NCBI GenBank assembly: GCA_964016885.1
Contig: OZ024741.1
Span: 149,544,001 to 149,608,000, forward strand
Source: Eledone cirrhosa
Lineage: Eukaryota
Direction of reading: 5' to 3'
Length of the DNA stretch: 64,000 bases
In this document: piece by piece, positions 50,295 to 63,049 of the stretch
Position numbering within the stretch: position 1 is the stretch's first letter
How the letters are laid out: each line of letters opens with the position of its first letter
Notes under the pieces: model-generated
What the model was told of the DNA's origin: nothing
Seen by the model: only the letters and a program-made list of their open reading frames with translations
Databases searched by the model: none
Translations under genes and position numbers: made by a program

Positions 50295-52700
50295 CACACA
50301 CATAGAGTATTGGTGGGTGACTTCAACCACCCAACAATAACATGGACTCTAAATCCAGAGCTACCTAACAATGCAAGTGCTGACAGCCAAATTGCAAGAT
50401 TTGTCGAATGCATTAGAGATACTTTCCTTATCCAGCATATCACAGAGCCAAGAAGATTTAGGCGCGGACAAAATCCCACCTTGGATGACTTGATATTCAC
50501 TAATGAATGAGAGATGGTCGAACAGCTAACATATCTTGAACCTTTACAAGAAGATGACCATGTCAGCATCTTATTCAAACTGGTATTGAACAGGGAACTT
50601 GCACTTCACTCCAAGTCATATATGGAGTACAACAAGGCTGATTTAGCTGCCATTACACAGGAATGACTGAGACAATAAACTTTGAGGTAAAAACATGCAA
50701 GAAATAAATGATATTATTGACACGTCGATCACAGAAGCTGTCAACTGCTACACTCCATACAAGACCAAAAATCTTATAGTCCAAGCCCTTAGGAATGAAT
50801 AGGGAAGCACTCCAGTAGACCAAGGAGAAGCATAAATACTGGATCAAGTATCTAAATACAAAAGACAATCAAGACTACTTTAGATACACTACAACCAGAA
50901 ATGAAGCAGCACATGAAACATGAAGAGCCCGCATAAAATTTGAAACTAAACTTGCAAAAGCATTTTGGAAGTATATTAACAGCTGTCTAAGGCAGCAGTG
51001 GCAGAGCTCCAGAATGATCATGGCAGATCCGTGATGGATGATAAGGACAAGGTTGATATCCTGAATAAACAATACTCAAGAGTATTTACAAACTCTTAAC
51101 CCAACTGATGCTTTTTAGACAAATAACTTATATCAGAGATCCAGATTACCATCACCAGAGATAGGGTTTTTAAAAAACTTGAACTCAGAATTGACAAGTC
51201 TCCTGGTCCAGACACAATACACCCTAGAGTGGCAACACCTTTAAGCATCCTATTCAAACAGTCTCTCTCTAAGGGTGAAGTACCCACACAGTGGAAATCA
51301 GCCACAATCATTCCTATATTTAAGAAAGGTAAGAGGGCAGATCCAGCTAACTATAGACCAGTATTTCTGACATCTGTTATATCAAAAATAATGGAAAGGA
51401 TATCAGAAGACATCACAGAACACTTAAAGAACAATGCCTTAATGTGTACAGATCAACATGGCTTCGCTTGTGGGAAATCTACAACAACCAATTTGTTTCA
51501 AGCACTGGATTTATGGACAGGCGCTCTAAGTCATAATCTGCTGATTGATGTTATCTTTCTGGAATATGCAAAAGCATTTGACAAGGTTCTGCATGAATGA
51601 CTGCTGAAACAGATAGAAACTTTTGGGATCAAAAGCAATATACTGAAATGGATGAAAAATTTCCTGACATTACAAAAACATGTTTCAGTCAATGCCATTT
51701 TTTCAGAATGGGCAGAAGTCAAGAGTGGTGTACTACAGAGTACAGTCCTGAGTCTACTTCTGTTCTTGCTTTTTGTCAATGATATCCCAGCATTACTAGA
51801 GAGTTCTATCTCGATGTTTGCTGGCGATACAAAGATATATCAAGCAATAGCAGATGTACAAGAGGCTCCCCAGAGTAACTTGCAAAACGATCTCAACCAC
51901 CTTCAATTGTGGTCTAACAGCATGCAAATGAAATTCCACCCAGAAAAATGCAAAGTAATGCATATTGGCCGCAGTAATCATGCACACATGTATATAATGA
52001 CAAAGGAAGATGGTACAACTCACACACTTCTTCAGGTCAAAGAAAAAAACTTGGAAGTTATCATCGACCATGACCTTACATTCAGCAGTCTCATACAAGC
52101 CCAAGGCAAATAGAACTCTGGATGCTCTGAAGCACATTTTCTTTGCACTAGACAAACAGTCCTTCACACTCCTGTACAAAATCCTGATACGTCCACACCT
52201 TGTGTATGCCTACATTATATAGGCACCCTAGTTAAAGAGAGACAAGGACATTATTGAAAATGTGCAGCGAAGAGCAACATGCCTCATCCAGGGGCTCTCT
52301 TCACTACCCTACAATGAATGTTTTCAGGCTTTGGGACTCCTGATGCTGGAGTAGAGGCAGAGGGCAGACATCATACAAGATTTTGAAATACTAAATGAGT
52401 TTGATAAAGTACAGTACACTAGGTGTCCCATCTGTGGCACAACCGGAAGCTCCAGGTGCAACACCAACCAAGTCCTAGGAGCCACTTCTTTTCTGTACAT
52501 GCAATCAACCACTGGAACAACCTCAATCAAGAAACTTGATGCACCCTCAGTCAACATTTTTAAGTCAAGGCTCGATGAGTGGGCCAACCACCTCCTCAAG
52601 TTTAACTATTGCTTCTCGTATTGATGCCCATCTGGGAGGCAATACCAGGTGATGCTCGATACTCAGAAGAGGAGCATCTCCACCTTGGTATGAGTCTAAT
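50295..52700 (+). mobile_element. CR1/L2-like LINE, decayed ORF2 (APE C-terminal half plus RT)
   Basis: VGDFNHP, LDDLIFTN, IFKKGKRADPANYRPV, QHGF...KSTTTNL, YAKAFDKV, SGVLQSTVL, MFAGDTK, IENVQRRAT. Confidence 0.9.
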
Positions 52701-53679
52701 TACCTTTACCGAGTACCATATGACCATACTTAAGAGTGATAAGAGGAAAGAACGGGGGGAAATGGGGGAGAAAAGAACACATGCATATTCAGTCAGTTAT
52801 CTTGGAGAGTGGCTGCTCAAGGGATATCTGACGCGTTAGAGAGATAATCAATGTATATGTAGGGTGGACATGTGTGAATGCGTTTGAAGGAGGGGCATTG
52901 AACCATGACAGGCTGCTGTGAGTGTGTGTGACGTAAGGAGGTGTACAAGAATGTATATAAATTTCTACATATACATACACACATAGTAGCAGCTGTGAGA
53001 GGCTCTGTAGAAAGGGGGAGGTAGCGAATATGGTTGTGGCCTGTATATTTCATTACCTGGTATGGTTGTAAGAGAACCTGCTTAGCTTCAAATACAATGA
53101 TACAGTGGTACAACCGTAAACAGCTAAGCTGCAAGGTGTGAAGTCATTACATGCGTGGAGGTGGATAGAGGCGGGAAGTGGTGTGGACAGAGTATTGTGT
53201 GTGTATATGTGCGTGTGAGAGCAAGGGTAGAACTGTGAGGGGAAATTGAGTCCATTCAGAAAAGAGGTTACAAGTTCTGTTCGGTCCTGGCATGAGTGGC
53301 TGTGAATCAATGGTGGAAAAGGAGGCCTGAGATAGTGAGGTGTGGAGTAGAGTGGTTGGGCGAACAGAAGTGACAGGCAACAGGAATGTCTTTATCTAGT
53401 TGTATGTCCCTTAGCTGTTTGTCAAATCGGGAAAAACCGAAGTTTTAATAAGCAGGAAAGAAGACAGGTTCCTATCTCATCAGGAAAGTGTCCTTGCTTG
53501 CTATATAGAAAAATAGTAGGCAAAAACTATGCAATATACATAATATAAATCTTGGGTATACAAGGGGTGCAGTGGGATAACAGGTAACCTAACAGTAAAA
53601 GTAGACTGTATGTGGCAGATGCACAGGGCTAGTTGGTAGTAAAAGCATCAGTAAAATAACATTTTTCCAATCCCAGGAA

Positions 53680-54030
53680 GGTTCCATGGAAGTGTTTGAT
53701 AGATTCTTCTATCTAGGTGATCTAATTAGTGGAGGAAGAGCTTGCACCGAGGGTGTAGTATCTATGATAGGAACAAGATGGAAATAGTTCAACAAAAATT
53801 TCTCTCTATTAATGAAAGTCTGGATGTGCGATACTGCATGGTAGTGAGACATGGGCAACTAATGCAGAGAAATGAAGCAAGCATACTTTGGTGGATGCAA
53901 GTAGATGAACTGAAACAGCATTGGTATGGATATATAATGCATATGGATTATAATTACTGGGTGAGGAAGTGTCAAGAAATCCCAGTGGCAGCAAACTGCA
54001 GTAGAGTAAATTCAAGGAATAGATGGAGCA
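53680..54030 (+). mobile_element. Highly decayed RTE LINE fragment
   Basis: DRFFYLGDLISGG and HWYGYIMHMD...WVRKC remnants resemble 63050-63340. Confidence 0.6.
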
Positions 54031-54470
54031 GTCTTTCTTCAATATATATAACTCCAGTGTTACTTTTACTCTCCTTCAATTGTACAATATTAAGTCTATT
54101 TTCATGTAATAGATACACTCAGAGGCAGAGAGAAAATAGTGCCTATGACAAACAGTAAAATTGTACCCCTGCCCAGCACTGTATTTTTACCTTTGGGCCT
54201 AATAATTTATATAAATGGTTTAATGATCCAGCCACCATAGTGTTCTCACCCATGATAATAGAGATAGATCATACATCTAAAGAAGTTTCTTTTTTCACTC
54301 CCCGACGAGGGTTATATGACTTTAATAGAACGTGCTCAAAGTCCAAGTGACGCTCATGGCACGTGGCATGCTTGGCATACCCTAGTTACACCTCTGGATA
54401 TACTAAACTGTATGCTGTTAATTCTGTCTTCTCCTAAATAAGTTTTACACATTGTACAGTATTGGGTATA

Positions 54471-54476
54471 TTTATT
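54471..54476 (-). terminator. Candidate poly(A) signal of FAAP24
   Basis: AATAAA on the minus strand ~160 nt after the stop codon. Confidence 0.5.
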
Positions 54477-54634
54477 CATGGTTGATTGATCAGTTAACTT
54501 CAATTGTTTATGTTGTCCAATGTTTAACTCACCAGTGAAGTCAGATTGATTTACCAGTTAAGTTCGATCGTTCGTATTATCCAACGGTTGAGTGACCAGC
54601 CAAGTCCAAGTATTTGTGTTGTCCGACTCAGGAT

Positions 54635-55306
54635 TCAACTGAAGAAATCTATAACACGTGTAGCTATACTTTTGCCAACTACGTCTCTCAGACTCTCGAA
54701 AGTGGCTTCACTTATGGTGCTGATAGAACCGAAATTTACCAACAGTAACTTTGCATTGGTCACACCTAGACCTGGTATACACTGCAACGTTGCCAACAGT
54801 AAACTCGAACTATGATCTTCTTTAGAAGAATTCTGTTTTCGCTTGAATTGATTCTTGCCCGGTTGCATACTTGTATAGACGAGTTGTAAGAGAATGCCAG
54901 CGGCGTCGACTTGTGAAGAAATGGGTAACAAGACCAAACCCAACTCAAAAACGCAGAAATGTTGAACATTTGCGTAATATTGTGTCGTCATGGCTGTTTT
55001 TTCGGCAAGGACGATTATTTTGAAAGCATTGGCTTTTCTCAGTCTGACTATTTTCTTTTTATATGATATAGCTTGAGACACCAACTCTGCCTCGGAGATG
55101 TAAACCACGCACACATTGCTAGAAGGACGAAAATCGATGTCGGGTGGGTCGTCAAAGAACAAGACAGGAATGAAGCTCCGAATTTTCGTCACCAATTCTG
55201 AACTGCACCAACGTGAATTAACCGCAATATTATACACCCTCGTTTTATTCTCATGTTCTGGTAAAATTTTAATTTGTTGTGTGTTCAATTCGTTAGAAAT
55301 ATCCAT
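54635..55306 (-). CDS. FAAP24: Fanconi anemia core complex-associated protein 24 (ERCC4-like domain plus HhH2), uninterrupted 223-aa ORF
   Basis: Collinear with human FAAP24 throughout: NSRW.SSEL, YISEAELV, EKTAMTTQYY, ELGLVLLPISSQVDA, QCIPGLGVTNAKLLL, VVGKSIA. A polypyrimidine-CAG acceptor 19 nt before the ATG (55326) suggests a 5' UTR intron. Confidence 0.95.
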   Translation of the reverse strand: MDISNELNTQQIKILPEHENKTRVYNIAVNSRWCSSELVTKIRSFIPVLFFDDPPDIDFRPSSNVCVVYISEAELVSQAISYKKKIVRLRKANAFKIIVLAEKTAMTTQYYANVQHFCVFELGLVLLPISSQVDAAGILLQLVYTSMQPGKNQFKRKQNSSKEDHSSSLLLATLQCIPGLGVTNAKLLLVNFGSISTISEATFESLRDVVGKSIATRVIDFFS

Positions 55307-56450
55307 TGCAAATCTAATAAATAATCTGTTAGAAAGAGAATAAATGAGAGAGATACGTGTAAAAATGCGTTAAGATCAAATCCAAACAAACCGCCATCTA
55401 TTTAATTATGATATATCAGTTTATAGAATATTTAGTTTCGAATTTTAAAGTAACTTTAAAATAGCAATCTTTTAATAGTTTTAGTTGGTTAATATTTTTA
55501 TTGAAAATAATATGAATATTGTTATAATATTTTGCACAAGTTAAAATATGAAGGACAATATCAGATAATTGTTTCTACTTTAGGCACAAGGCCAGCAATC
55601 ATTCAGTGCATTACTGGTACTTTATTTTATCGACCCCGTAAGGATGAAAGGCAAAGTCAACCTCGGCGGGATATATCAGATAATGTAGTTTGGTTGATAT
55701 CGGAGAAAATGTTACTAAAGATTATATTTTAATTGAGTTCTAGTAGAGATTTTTTTTAATATGGGTGATAGTAAAAATATTTAAAACTAAATATAAATTT
55801 AACAAAATTATAAAGTAAACATTAATATTTATCAATTATAACTTATTGAAAATATTAATGATCTAATTGCAACTTTCTTATACTGACAAAGATTTTGTGT
55901 TACAATATATGGAAAATTTTATCCCGCAAATATCAACTTTAAAATGAAAAATAAATATTAGCAATGACATAATGTATTTTTAATAAATAAGCACTTATCC
56001 ACCTAGAAAATATATGGTGTCTATAGTTAGTTCTTGTAATATAATTTATTGTTATTAATTAAGGAAAACAAAAAAAAAAATAGAAGACATGCACACTTAT
56101 TACTCACTACAACAGAGAATGTTGGTGTTGCCTTTTTACTTTGCCGATCCCGCAACGATTAAAACCAAAGTCACATGCCCGCGGAATTTGAAAACATAAT
56201 AGAAAGAATTTTACCTAAATATTGATTAACTTTAACTTAGACACGAAAGTGCTTTTTTTTGTGATATAGAAAGGAAAATGAAATTGTGACACTCTGGTCC
56301 TTCCAAAAATCATTAGAGACGTAAATGAAATGACTTCATAACCCTAACCTCAGACTTGATCTACAAGTCAACCACCACCACAAACACCGTGTTTATATAC
56401 TTGCATCGTTAATTAAAGGTTAAAAATACAAACATCTTGGAAGATACAAC
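55307..56450. promoter_or_regulatory. Divergent (putative bidirectional) promoter region of FAAP24 and HTRA2
   Basis: The two ATGs point apart and are 1.14 kb apart. The region is AT-rich and contains a SINE-like fragment at ~55566-55672. TSS not determined. Confidence 0.55.
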
Positions 56451-56839
56451 ATGGCCTCTTCAGCAGGACGGGTGTTTTTAGCAGTCAGCAGGCAAATCTT
56501 AGGGAAAAGTGGAATATCTCGACATTATAGACAAGTGAAGAAGCCATGCAGTATAAAGAATTTATCAACTGATTGTCTGGGAGGAGGACATAATGAGAAG
56601 GTCAGACGTTTAAATTTACTACGATTAAGCACGTTTGGCATCGGCGTGTTAGGATGGGTCGGTTTAAAGTGTTACTTGAAACCAGTTCTTGCGTCGTCTG
56701 GAGATAAAAACAACGGTGATTATGACGATAACATTCATAATAGACCTAAAACGGTTAGCAACCGTATTAAATATAATTTCATTGCTGATATAGTCGAAAA
56801 AGCTGTGCCTGCTGTAGTTTACATCGAAGTTGTGGCCAG
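56451..56839 (+). CDS. HTRA2: HtrA2/Omi mitochondrial serine protease, exon 1
   Basis: Basic mitochondrial-presequence-like N-terminus, hydrophobic segment, YNFIADIVEKAVPAVVYIEV, AG|GTGAGT donor (phase 2). Confidence 0.93.
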
Positions 56840-57769
56840 GTGAGTTGGTATGAACATTTGTTAAAAAATAAATATTGAATTAAAGCTAAAGTTGGATAGA
56901 CAAATTAACAAACAAGATATAATGTCACAACTCGTTCATCTATTTCAATTTATCATGTAAGATATATTGTATTGTTTATATTTTCGTGCCTACCATAATG
57001 ATGCAATACCTATAGCACCGGTTGGACGGTACATGACTGAATGGTTAAGAGGTTTGCTTCACAATCATTAGGTCCCGAGTTCGATAATATTGTGGCATCT
57101 TGGGTTTTCAGTGCTATTTGTTTTTATATATCTGCTGTTTTGTTTAGCCCCGGGCCAACTCCGATCGAGCAGATTTATGATCAAAGTCGTACTCCAGTTT
57201 TGACCACCTCGCCTTTTTCTCTAGACTAGATTATTAGGGTGTCATTATCTAATGTTCTTTTTGTTAACACTGTAGAGTATGTTTGAGGGAAATTTTGGCT
57301 TCTGTTTCTAGCAGGCGTTACTGTGTAAAGAACTTCGCTTCGTAACTACATTGTTTCACGTTCAATCCCACTGCACGGCACTTTGAGCAAGTGTCTTCTA
57401 TCAAAGCTTCGTATCGACCAAAGCATTGTGAATGAAATTTGGAATACGAAAACGATGTGGTTAGCCGTCAAAAGGTCTGGTAGTAGACTTAATCTGTCGT
57501 CCGATTTAACACTGCCACATAGCCATTACGTACCTTTAGTGAAGTCCACTCATTTGCAAAGATTCGGACCAGCATTTAGTTTCGGTATAAATCCCTTTAT
57601 CTCCACCAGTCTCAGATACTCTGAAAAAGGATCGTAGGTGCTGTAGTTTCTTCCTGAATTATCTCTCCACAAAGATTTGATTGCCCATGTTGATTCTGCT
57701 GATGGTAACAACGGTATCGATCAAGGTTGCTCCCCTGCACTTATCATTAACCAGGGTATTGTTGTTATT

Positions 57770-58195
57770 TAGATTAGTAGAATTGGTAGAGCGTCGGACA
57801 AATGCTTAGCAGTATTTGTTCTTGCTCTTTACGTTCTGAGTTTATACCCCGCCGAGGTTAGCTTTCCCTTTCATCCTTACGAGGTCGATAAAATAAAGTA
57901 GCAATTACGCGCTACAGTCGATTTAATCGACTTTCCCCTCCTCCAAAAGTTGCTGGCCTTATGCCTAAATCAGAAACCATTATTATTATTGGTGAGTTGA
58001 CAGGGTAGTTAGAGCGTTGCAGTATTTGTTCCGGCTCTTTACGTTCTTACTTCAAATCCTGCTGAGATTAGTTTTGCTTTCATCCTTATAGGGTCGATAA
58101 AATAAAGTACCCGCTAAGTACTGATGTCGATATAATCGACTTGTTCTCTCCCCAAAATGTTTAGCCTTGTGCCTAAATTAGAAATCATTATTAGC
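57770..58195 (+). mobile_element. Two tandem SINE-like repeat copies in HTRA2 intron 1
   Basis: Family body TTTCATCCTTA..GGTCGATAAAATAAAGTA, palindromes GTCGATTTAATCGAC and GTCGATATAATCGAC, (ATT)n tails. Confidence 0.75.
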
Positions 58196-58949
58196 AAGGA
58201 TATTCTTTTACTATTTTTCTTTCAAGTTTGCTACGTATTCTATCGATCTCTTTTTGTCGATATAACCAAACAGTAAACGAAAACACATATGCGACTGGTA
58301 CAGTTTCTGTCTACCAAATTTAATTCACAAAGCATTGGTCAACCAAATACTATAGTAGAAGACACTTGTCGAAGGTGCCATGCAGTGGAACTGAACCACA
58401 TGATTATGAACTCCTTATCCACATAACCACGCTTGCACCTATATGTTAACAATAACCAACTAATAACACTAAGCAGCGGACGTTACAATATCCTGAGCCT
58501 GTTTTGGGCCTACACATTTTGATAACATTATCCGTGATAAGCGACTTCTTCACTATTTCAAATCCGTACATATCACCATGACGTGTTAAATGTAGTTACC
58601 TCCCTTTACTTTTCATCGTTCCAGAATCGGTAAACTAACGCTTTAGTAAATTACTGGAACCGATTTAATCGACTTTCTCCTTCCCTCAAAATTGTACACC
58701 TTGTGTTTAAATTATAAGCCATTATTATTATTATTGAGAGAGCACTCTTGTCCTTAGTGGTCGAGGTGAACCAAGTTTTGAGAGTTTTTTTAGTAGCTTT
58801 AGAGAGCTATTCCCTCTTCGGGCCCATTTATATTTTCTGTTATCCTTTGTTTTTTACATGCCAACATGTAATCCTTTCTATTATGTTTATATCTTATCAT
58901 TATGCCCTTGTGGCAAATAAAGAAATCATTATTGTTGTTGTTGTTACTT

Positions 58950-59235
58950 TATGAGTTCACATTTTGCCGAGGTCAACTTTACCTTTCATCTTTCCAGGGT
59001 TGATAAAATAAAGTACCAATTAAGTACTGGAGTCAAGATAATCAACTGCCCCCTTCCCCTAAATTGCTATCCCTGTGTCAATGTTAGAAAGAATTATTGC
59101 TGTTATGTTATTAGTCCAAATCTTGCCAAGATCAACTTTGCCTTTCATTCTTCTGGGGTCCATAAAATAAAGTACTGGTCAAGTATTGGGGTCTATTTAA
59201 ATGATATTCCCCTCTCCAAAATTGTTGTTTAATTC
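58950..59235 (+). mobile_element. Two 5'-truncated SINE-like copies
   Basis: GCCGAGGTCAACTTTACCTTTCATC...ATAAAATAAAGTAC occurs twice. Confidence 0.65.
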
Positions 59236-59271
59236 AAAAGTGATGGAATGGCTGTAGTTCTGTCTTTTCAG

Positions 59272-59464
59272 AAGTCCTTTCTATTCTGTTTTGTCAAATG
59301 GATCTGGTTTCATTGTAAAAGAAAATGGTATTATTCTGACCAATGCTCATGTGGTAGCCAACAGAACAAATGTGGTTGTTAAATTACATGATGGCAGAAA
59401 AGTGAATGGAACAGTCTTATGTACAGACCCTGTGTCAGATCTGGCGACTATCAAAATTAATGCA
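59272..59464 (+). CDS. HTRA2: HTRA2 exon 2 (catalytic His and Asp)
   Basis: TTTTCAG acceptor; [15 protein letters not shown]...TNAHVV...[13 protein letters not shown]; GTAGGT donor; phases fit exons 1 and 3. Confidence 0.93.
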
Positions 59465-59529
59465 GTAGGTATTTATTTATATGTTTATATTGCACTCTCT
59501 TTATGCCTGTATCAGGTTAATACTTTTAT

Positions 59530-59850
59530 TAAACTTCCTGTTTATGAACTCCATCCATCTCTCAATTCTTCAACACAAGGTTTCCTGTCAGTTCATACCA
59601 TCTTAGTGGTGATTGAGGTCTCATAAATCCATTTGTAGCAAATTTGCTGTATCCAGAAGTTCAACCCCTATCCTAAACACACACATACACATACTCTTCT
59701 TCCTATACATCAATGATCATCTGGTCATTACTTCCAACACCCACTCTACACAGATAATACTACTTTACTACATTCCTTCCCAGCCTTCCATACACAAAGC
59801 ATCATCCACATACAACCTAGACACTGATCCTTAAAAGCTCTTTAAGACTT
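59530..59850 (+). mobile_element. Ancient LINE RT remnant
   Basis: [11 protein letters not shown]...FLS...VVIE and LFFLYIND remnants. Confidence 0.45.
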
Positions 59851-60175
59851 AAGAGACTCATTTTTACATATACACACACACCACACATGCTCATACGTAC
59901 ATGCACACACAAATTCAAGTAAATGGATCCTCTGTAGGTTCCAATGGCAAATATACCAGTTGTTCAATCAACTGAGTTAATCTACTCATTGAATTATAGT
60001 GTAAGTGGCTGAGTATTCCATAGGCTGATCCTTTGAAATAAAATATAAGCACAATTCATCCAATGGACTTCCAAACAGTTTCTGTTTACCCAAATTCACT
60101 GACACAGCTTGGGTTAGATGAAGGTTATATTAAAAGATATATACCCAAGATTCCACATAATGGAATTATAGTGTA

Positions 60176-60515
60176 TTAAGCCTTTTGATACCAAATCACC
60201 TGTAAACGCCCTTTGTTTTACAATACAACACTGTTTTAGATAAAACCTTCCATAATAATTTTATGTAAGGCCCTTTAAGTTATGTTCCAAGCATCATCAT
60301 GGCTCCTTTCCAACATAGTCTCTTCCAGTAGCAACATTCCTTCATCATCTCATCTGAGGTGTAACATTTTAAAATCAATTCTAACCACCTCTTCCCAGGT
60401 TTTTCTCGAGAAAGTTAGTTATATTACTAAATCTTTCCAAATTCTTGATTATTTCCAAAATGGTTTGAAAATCATAGGCACTCTTTCATTAGAAATATGT
60501 CAGCAAAAAAGTTAA
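60176..60515. mobile_element. TTAA-flanked MITE family copy
   Basis: TTAAGCCTTTTGATACC ... CAGCAAAAAAGTTAA; body shared with 62218-62480. Confidence 0.65.
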
Positions 60516-60947
60516 TGGTAATCTTTAGACAGAATCAGTGTATGAGTATGTGTAAATACCTTCAGTAGCCTTATATTGTAACTCTTTATTCCTTAGCCTG
60601 GATTTTGGATTGAATTAGTAACTTCACCATATTTCTGACTACAGAAAAAAGTCTAATAATTACAGAACGAAAAACTCACGTAATGGGAAAAAGTGGGTAT
60701 CAGCATGTGTGTGAATCGAACCCACACCTCTTATTTTTGCGATAAGTGTGCTAGCTGATTACATCAACTTGCCCACCCATTTTTCTCTGTTAAATTTAGA
60801 AGCTACAATGTGAGTAGTGATATATATATATATATGTGTGCGTGTGTGTAAACAGTGCATGATTAGAAGACGGCGAATTTACTAATTCAATTAAATTTTC
60901 AAAATTCCATCGCTCTCTTCTAATCATGAAGTTCTTTTTTTTTTCAG

Positions 60948-61142
60948 GCTGAGTTACCTGTTTTGAAACTGGGCGAGTCATCATCTTTACGGACAGGTGA
61001 GTGGGTGATAGCAATGGGCAGCCCCTTTTCTCTGGCAAACACTGTCACATCAGGAATAGTGAGCACACCTCTGAGAGGGAGTGAAGAGCTGGGACTCCAT
61101 CACCAGAATATGTCATATATTCAGACAGATGCTGTCATAAAT
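60948..61142 (+). CDS. HTRA2: HTRA2 exon 3
   Basis: Poly-T CAG acceptor; [39 protein letters not shown]...YIQTDAVIN; GTAAGC donor; 195 nt. Confidence 0.95.
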
Positions 61143-61956
61143 GTAAGCTTCAGTGGTTAACTGTCACTTGTCTTGTTTAACTTTATATACATGTTATTTG
61201 TGTAGATATGGAGAAAAAAAAGAAATACCGGGATTTTTATACTCTCACACACACACGCACACCTATATATATATATATATATATATATAACTTATGCTAG
61301 CATGGAAAATGGGTGTTAGGAATGGCATCCAGCCATAGAAACCAAGCCTAAAAAAGATATGAGCAAGACGTAGTCACCTGACCTGTCGAGCCTCATAAGG
61401 TGACAACAATTGTAACCTTCACAAGCATGGAAAATAGATGTTAAATGGTGATGATGAAGTTATATGTTTATATATATCATCATCGTCATTGTCGTTTAAC
61501 ATCCACTTTCTACGCTAGCATATACTTATCTATCTATATATATATATATACTAGATTTGTTAACCAATGTTGGATAGTTGGATTAGTTGTCAATTTGTTA
61601 AATGAGAATAATGTTACTTCTGCATGAATGTGTTACATCAGAAACAATGTTTAAATTATTTTTAACATGGATACTTTTTACAATATATCATTCACTTCAT
61701 CTTAAACTCTGCAATATTTGTAGTCATGGATGTATCATATCACAAAGAAAATTGGATGCCTATGTCAGGAATGCCTTTTCTAATTTCATGCTATTCTACT
61801 GCATCTAAAATTCAGATGGAAACATTTGTAAAAAATGGAGTTGGGTCACATGTACAGTCGCATTAAAAAAAAGGGAGCGAAATGGTCAGTTAAGAAGTGT
61901 GTGTGTTGCACTTGTTTTGTTTTTATTTTTATTTTTATTTTATTTTATTTTTCTAG

Positions 61957-61989
61957 TTTGGCAATTCGGGTGGACCTTTAATCAATCTG
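61957..61989 (+). CDS. HTRA2: HTRA2 exon 4 (33-nt exon with catalytic Ser); not in the ORF track; gene continues beyond the window
   Basis: TTTTCTAG|FGNSGGPLINL|GTGAGT. Confidence 0.95.
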
Positions 61990-62217
61990 GTGAGTTTTAT
62001 TTTAATTATTTTTAATTAAGTGTTAAAGTTATTTTGACTAATTCACAATTATTGTGACTATGTGATTTAGAAGTTTGCTTCACATGCACATTATTCTGAG
62101 TTCAATTCCATTACCTTGGGGAAGTGACTTCTGCTATATCTTCATGTAGGCCTGTTAGAAACTATTGATTCTATTCTTCACAAAATGTCACATAAAATAG
62201 ATGTTACTGAGAAATGT

Positions 62218-62985
62218 TTAACCCTTTTGATACCAAATTACCTGAGACTGCACCTGGTTTTTATATTCAAACTATTTGTTTTGAAGTGTTTATATTTATC
62301 TAAAAACCTTCCACCATTATTTTATATAAGAACCTTTGATAAGTTATGTTCCAAATACAAGCTTAATAATGAGAAAGTTAGTTATATTACTAAATCCTTC
62401 AAAATTTTTGTTTATTTTCCAAATTATTTGAAAATTATAGACAGGGTCTTTCATTAGAAACATGGTAATAAATGGGTCAATCCTTTATATAAACATCTTA
62501 TTTATTAAATTGTGATCCAAACGCCAACTTAATAATGAGAAAGATAGTTATATTACTAAATCCTTCCAAATTCTTAATCATTTGAAAATCATAGGTAGTG
62601 TCTTTCATTAGAAATATAGTAAAAGTAAAGACCCTCTTCGGTCATGAATGACCATGGGATTTGTACCTAGAAAGTTTCCCTCTGAGGCACAAGTCCAGGC
62701 AAGGTTGTTTGTGGAATACCAACAGTTTCCCATGCATACCAGCCTCCCCTCTCCATGCCACCAATGATATCCAAGGGAAAGATAATGGATGATACAGCTT
62801 GACGTCGCAACTCATTTCTACAGCTGAATAAACTGGAACAACGTGAAATAAAGTGTTTTGCTCAAGGAAACAATGCATCACCAGGTCCGAGAATCAAACT
62901 CACAGCCTTCCGATTACAAGTCCAATGCTCTAACCACTAAGCCATGTGCCTTCACATAGAAATATAGTACAGAAAGAGGTAATTA
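62218..62985. mobile_element. MITE family copy plus a partial tandem copy interrupted by a SINE
   Basis: Starts TTAACCCTTTTGATACC; the body repeats at 62481-62621 and resumes after 62957. Confidence 0.65.
62622..62956 (-). mobile_element. Full-length tRNA-derived SINE with 13-bp TSD
   Basis: Minus-strand head GTGAAGGCACATGGCTTAGTGGTTAGAGC (A box) and GAGTTTGATTCTC (B box); TAGAAATATAGTA duplicated at 62609-62621 and 62957-62969. Confidence 0.88.
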
Positions 62986-63049
62986 CAATTTCCTTTTTGT
63001 AATTGGTTCTATATAAGCATTGCCCCAGTTTTGTAATTTATCATTGTAG

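Noticed and set aside
62880-62956. tRNA gene
   Set aside because: It is the tRNA-derived head of a TSD-flanked SINE; no intact cloverleaf.
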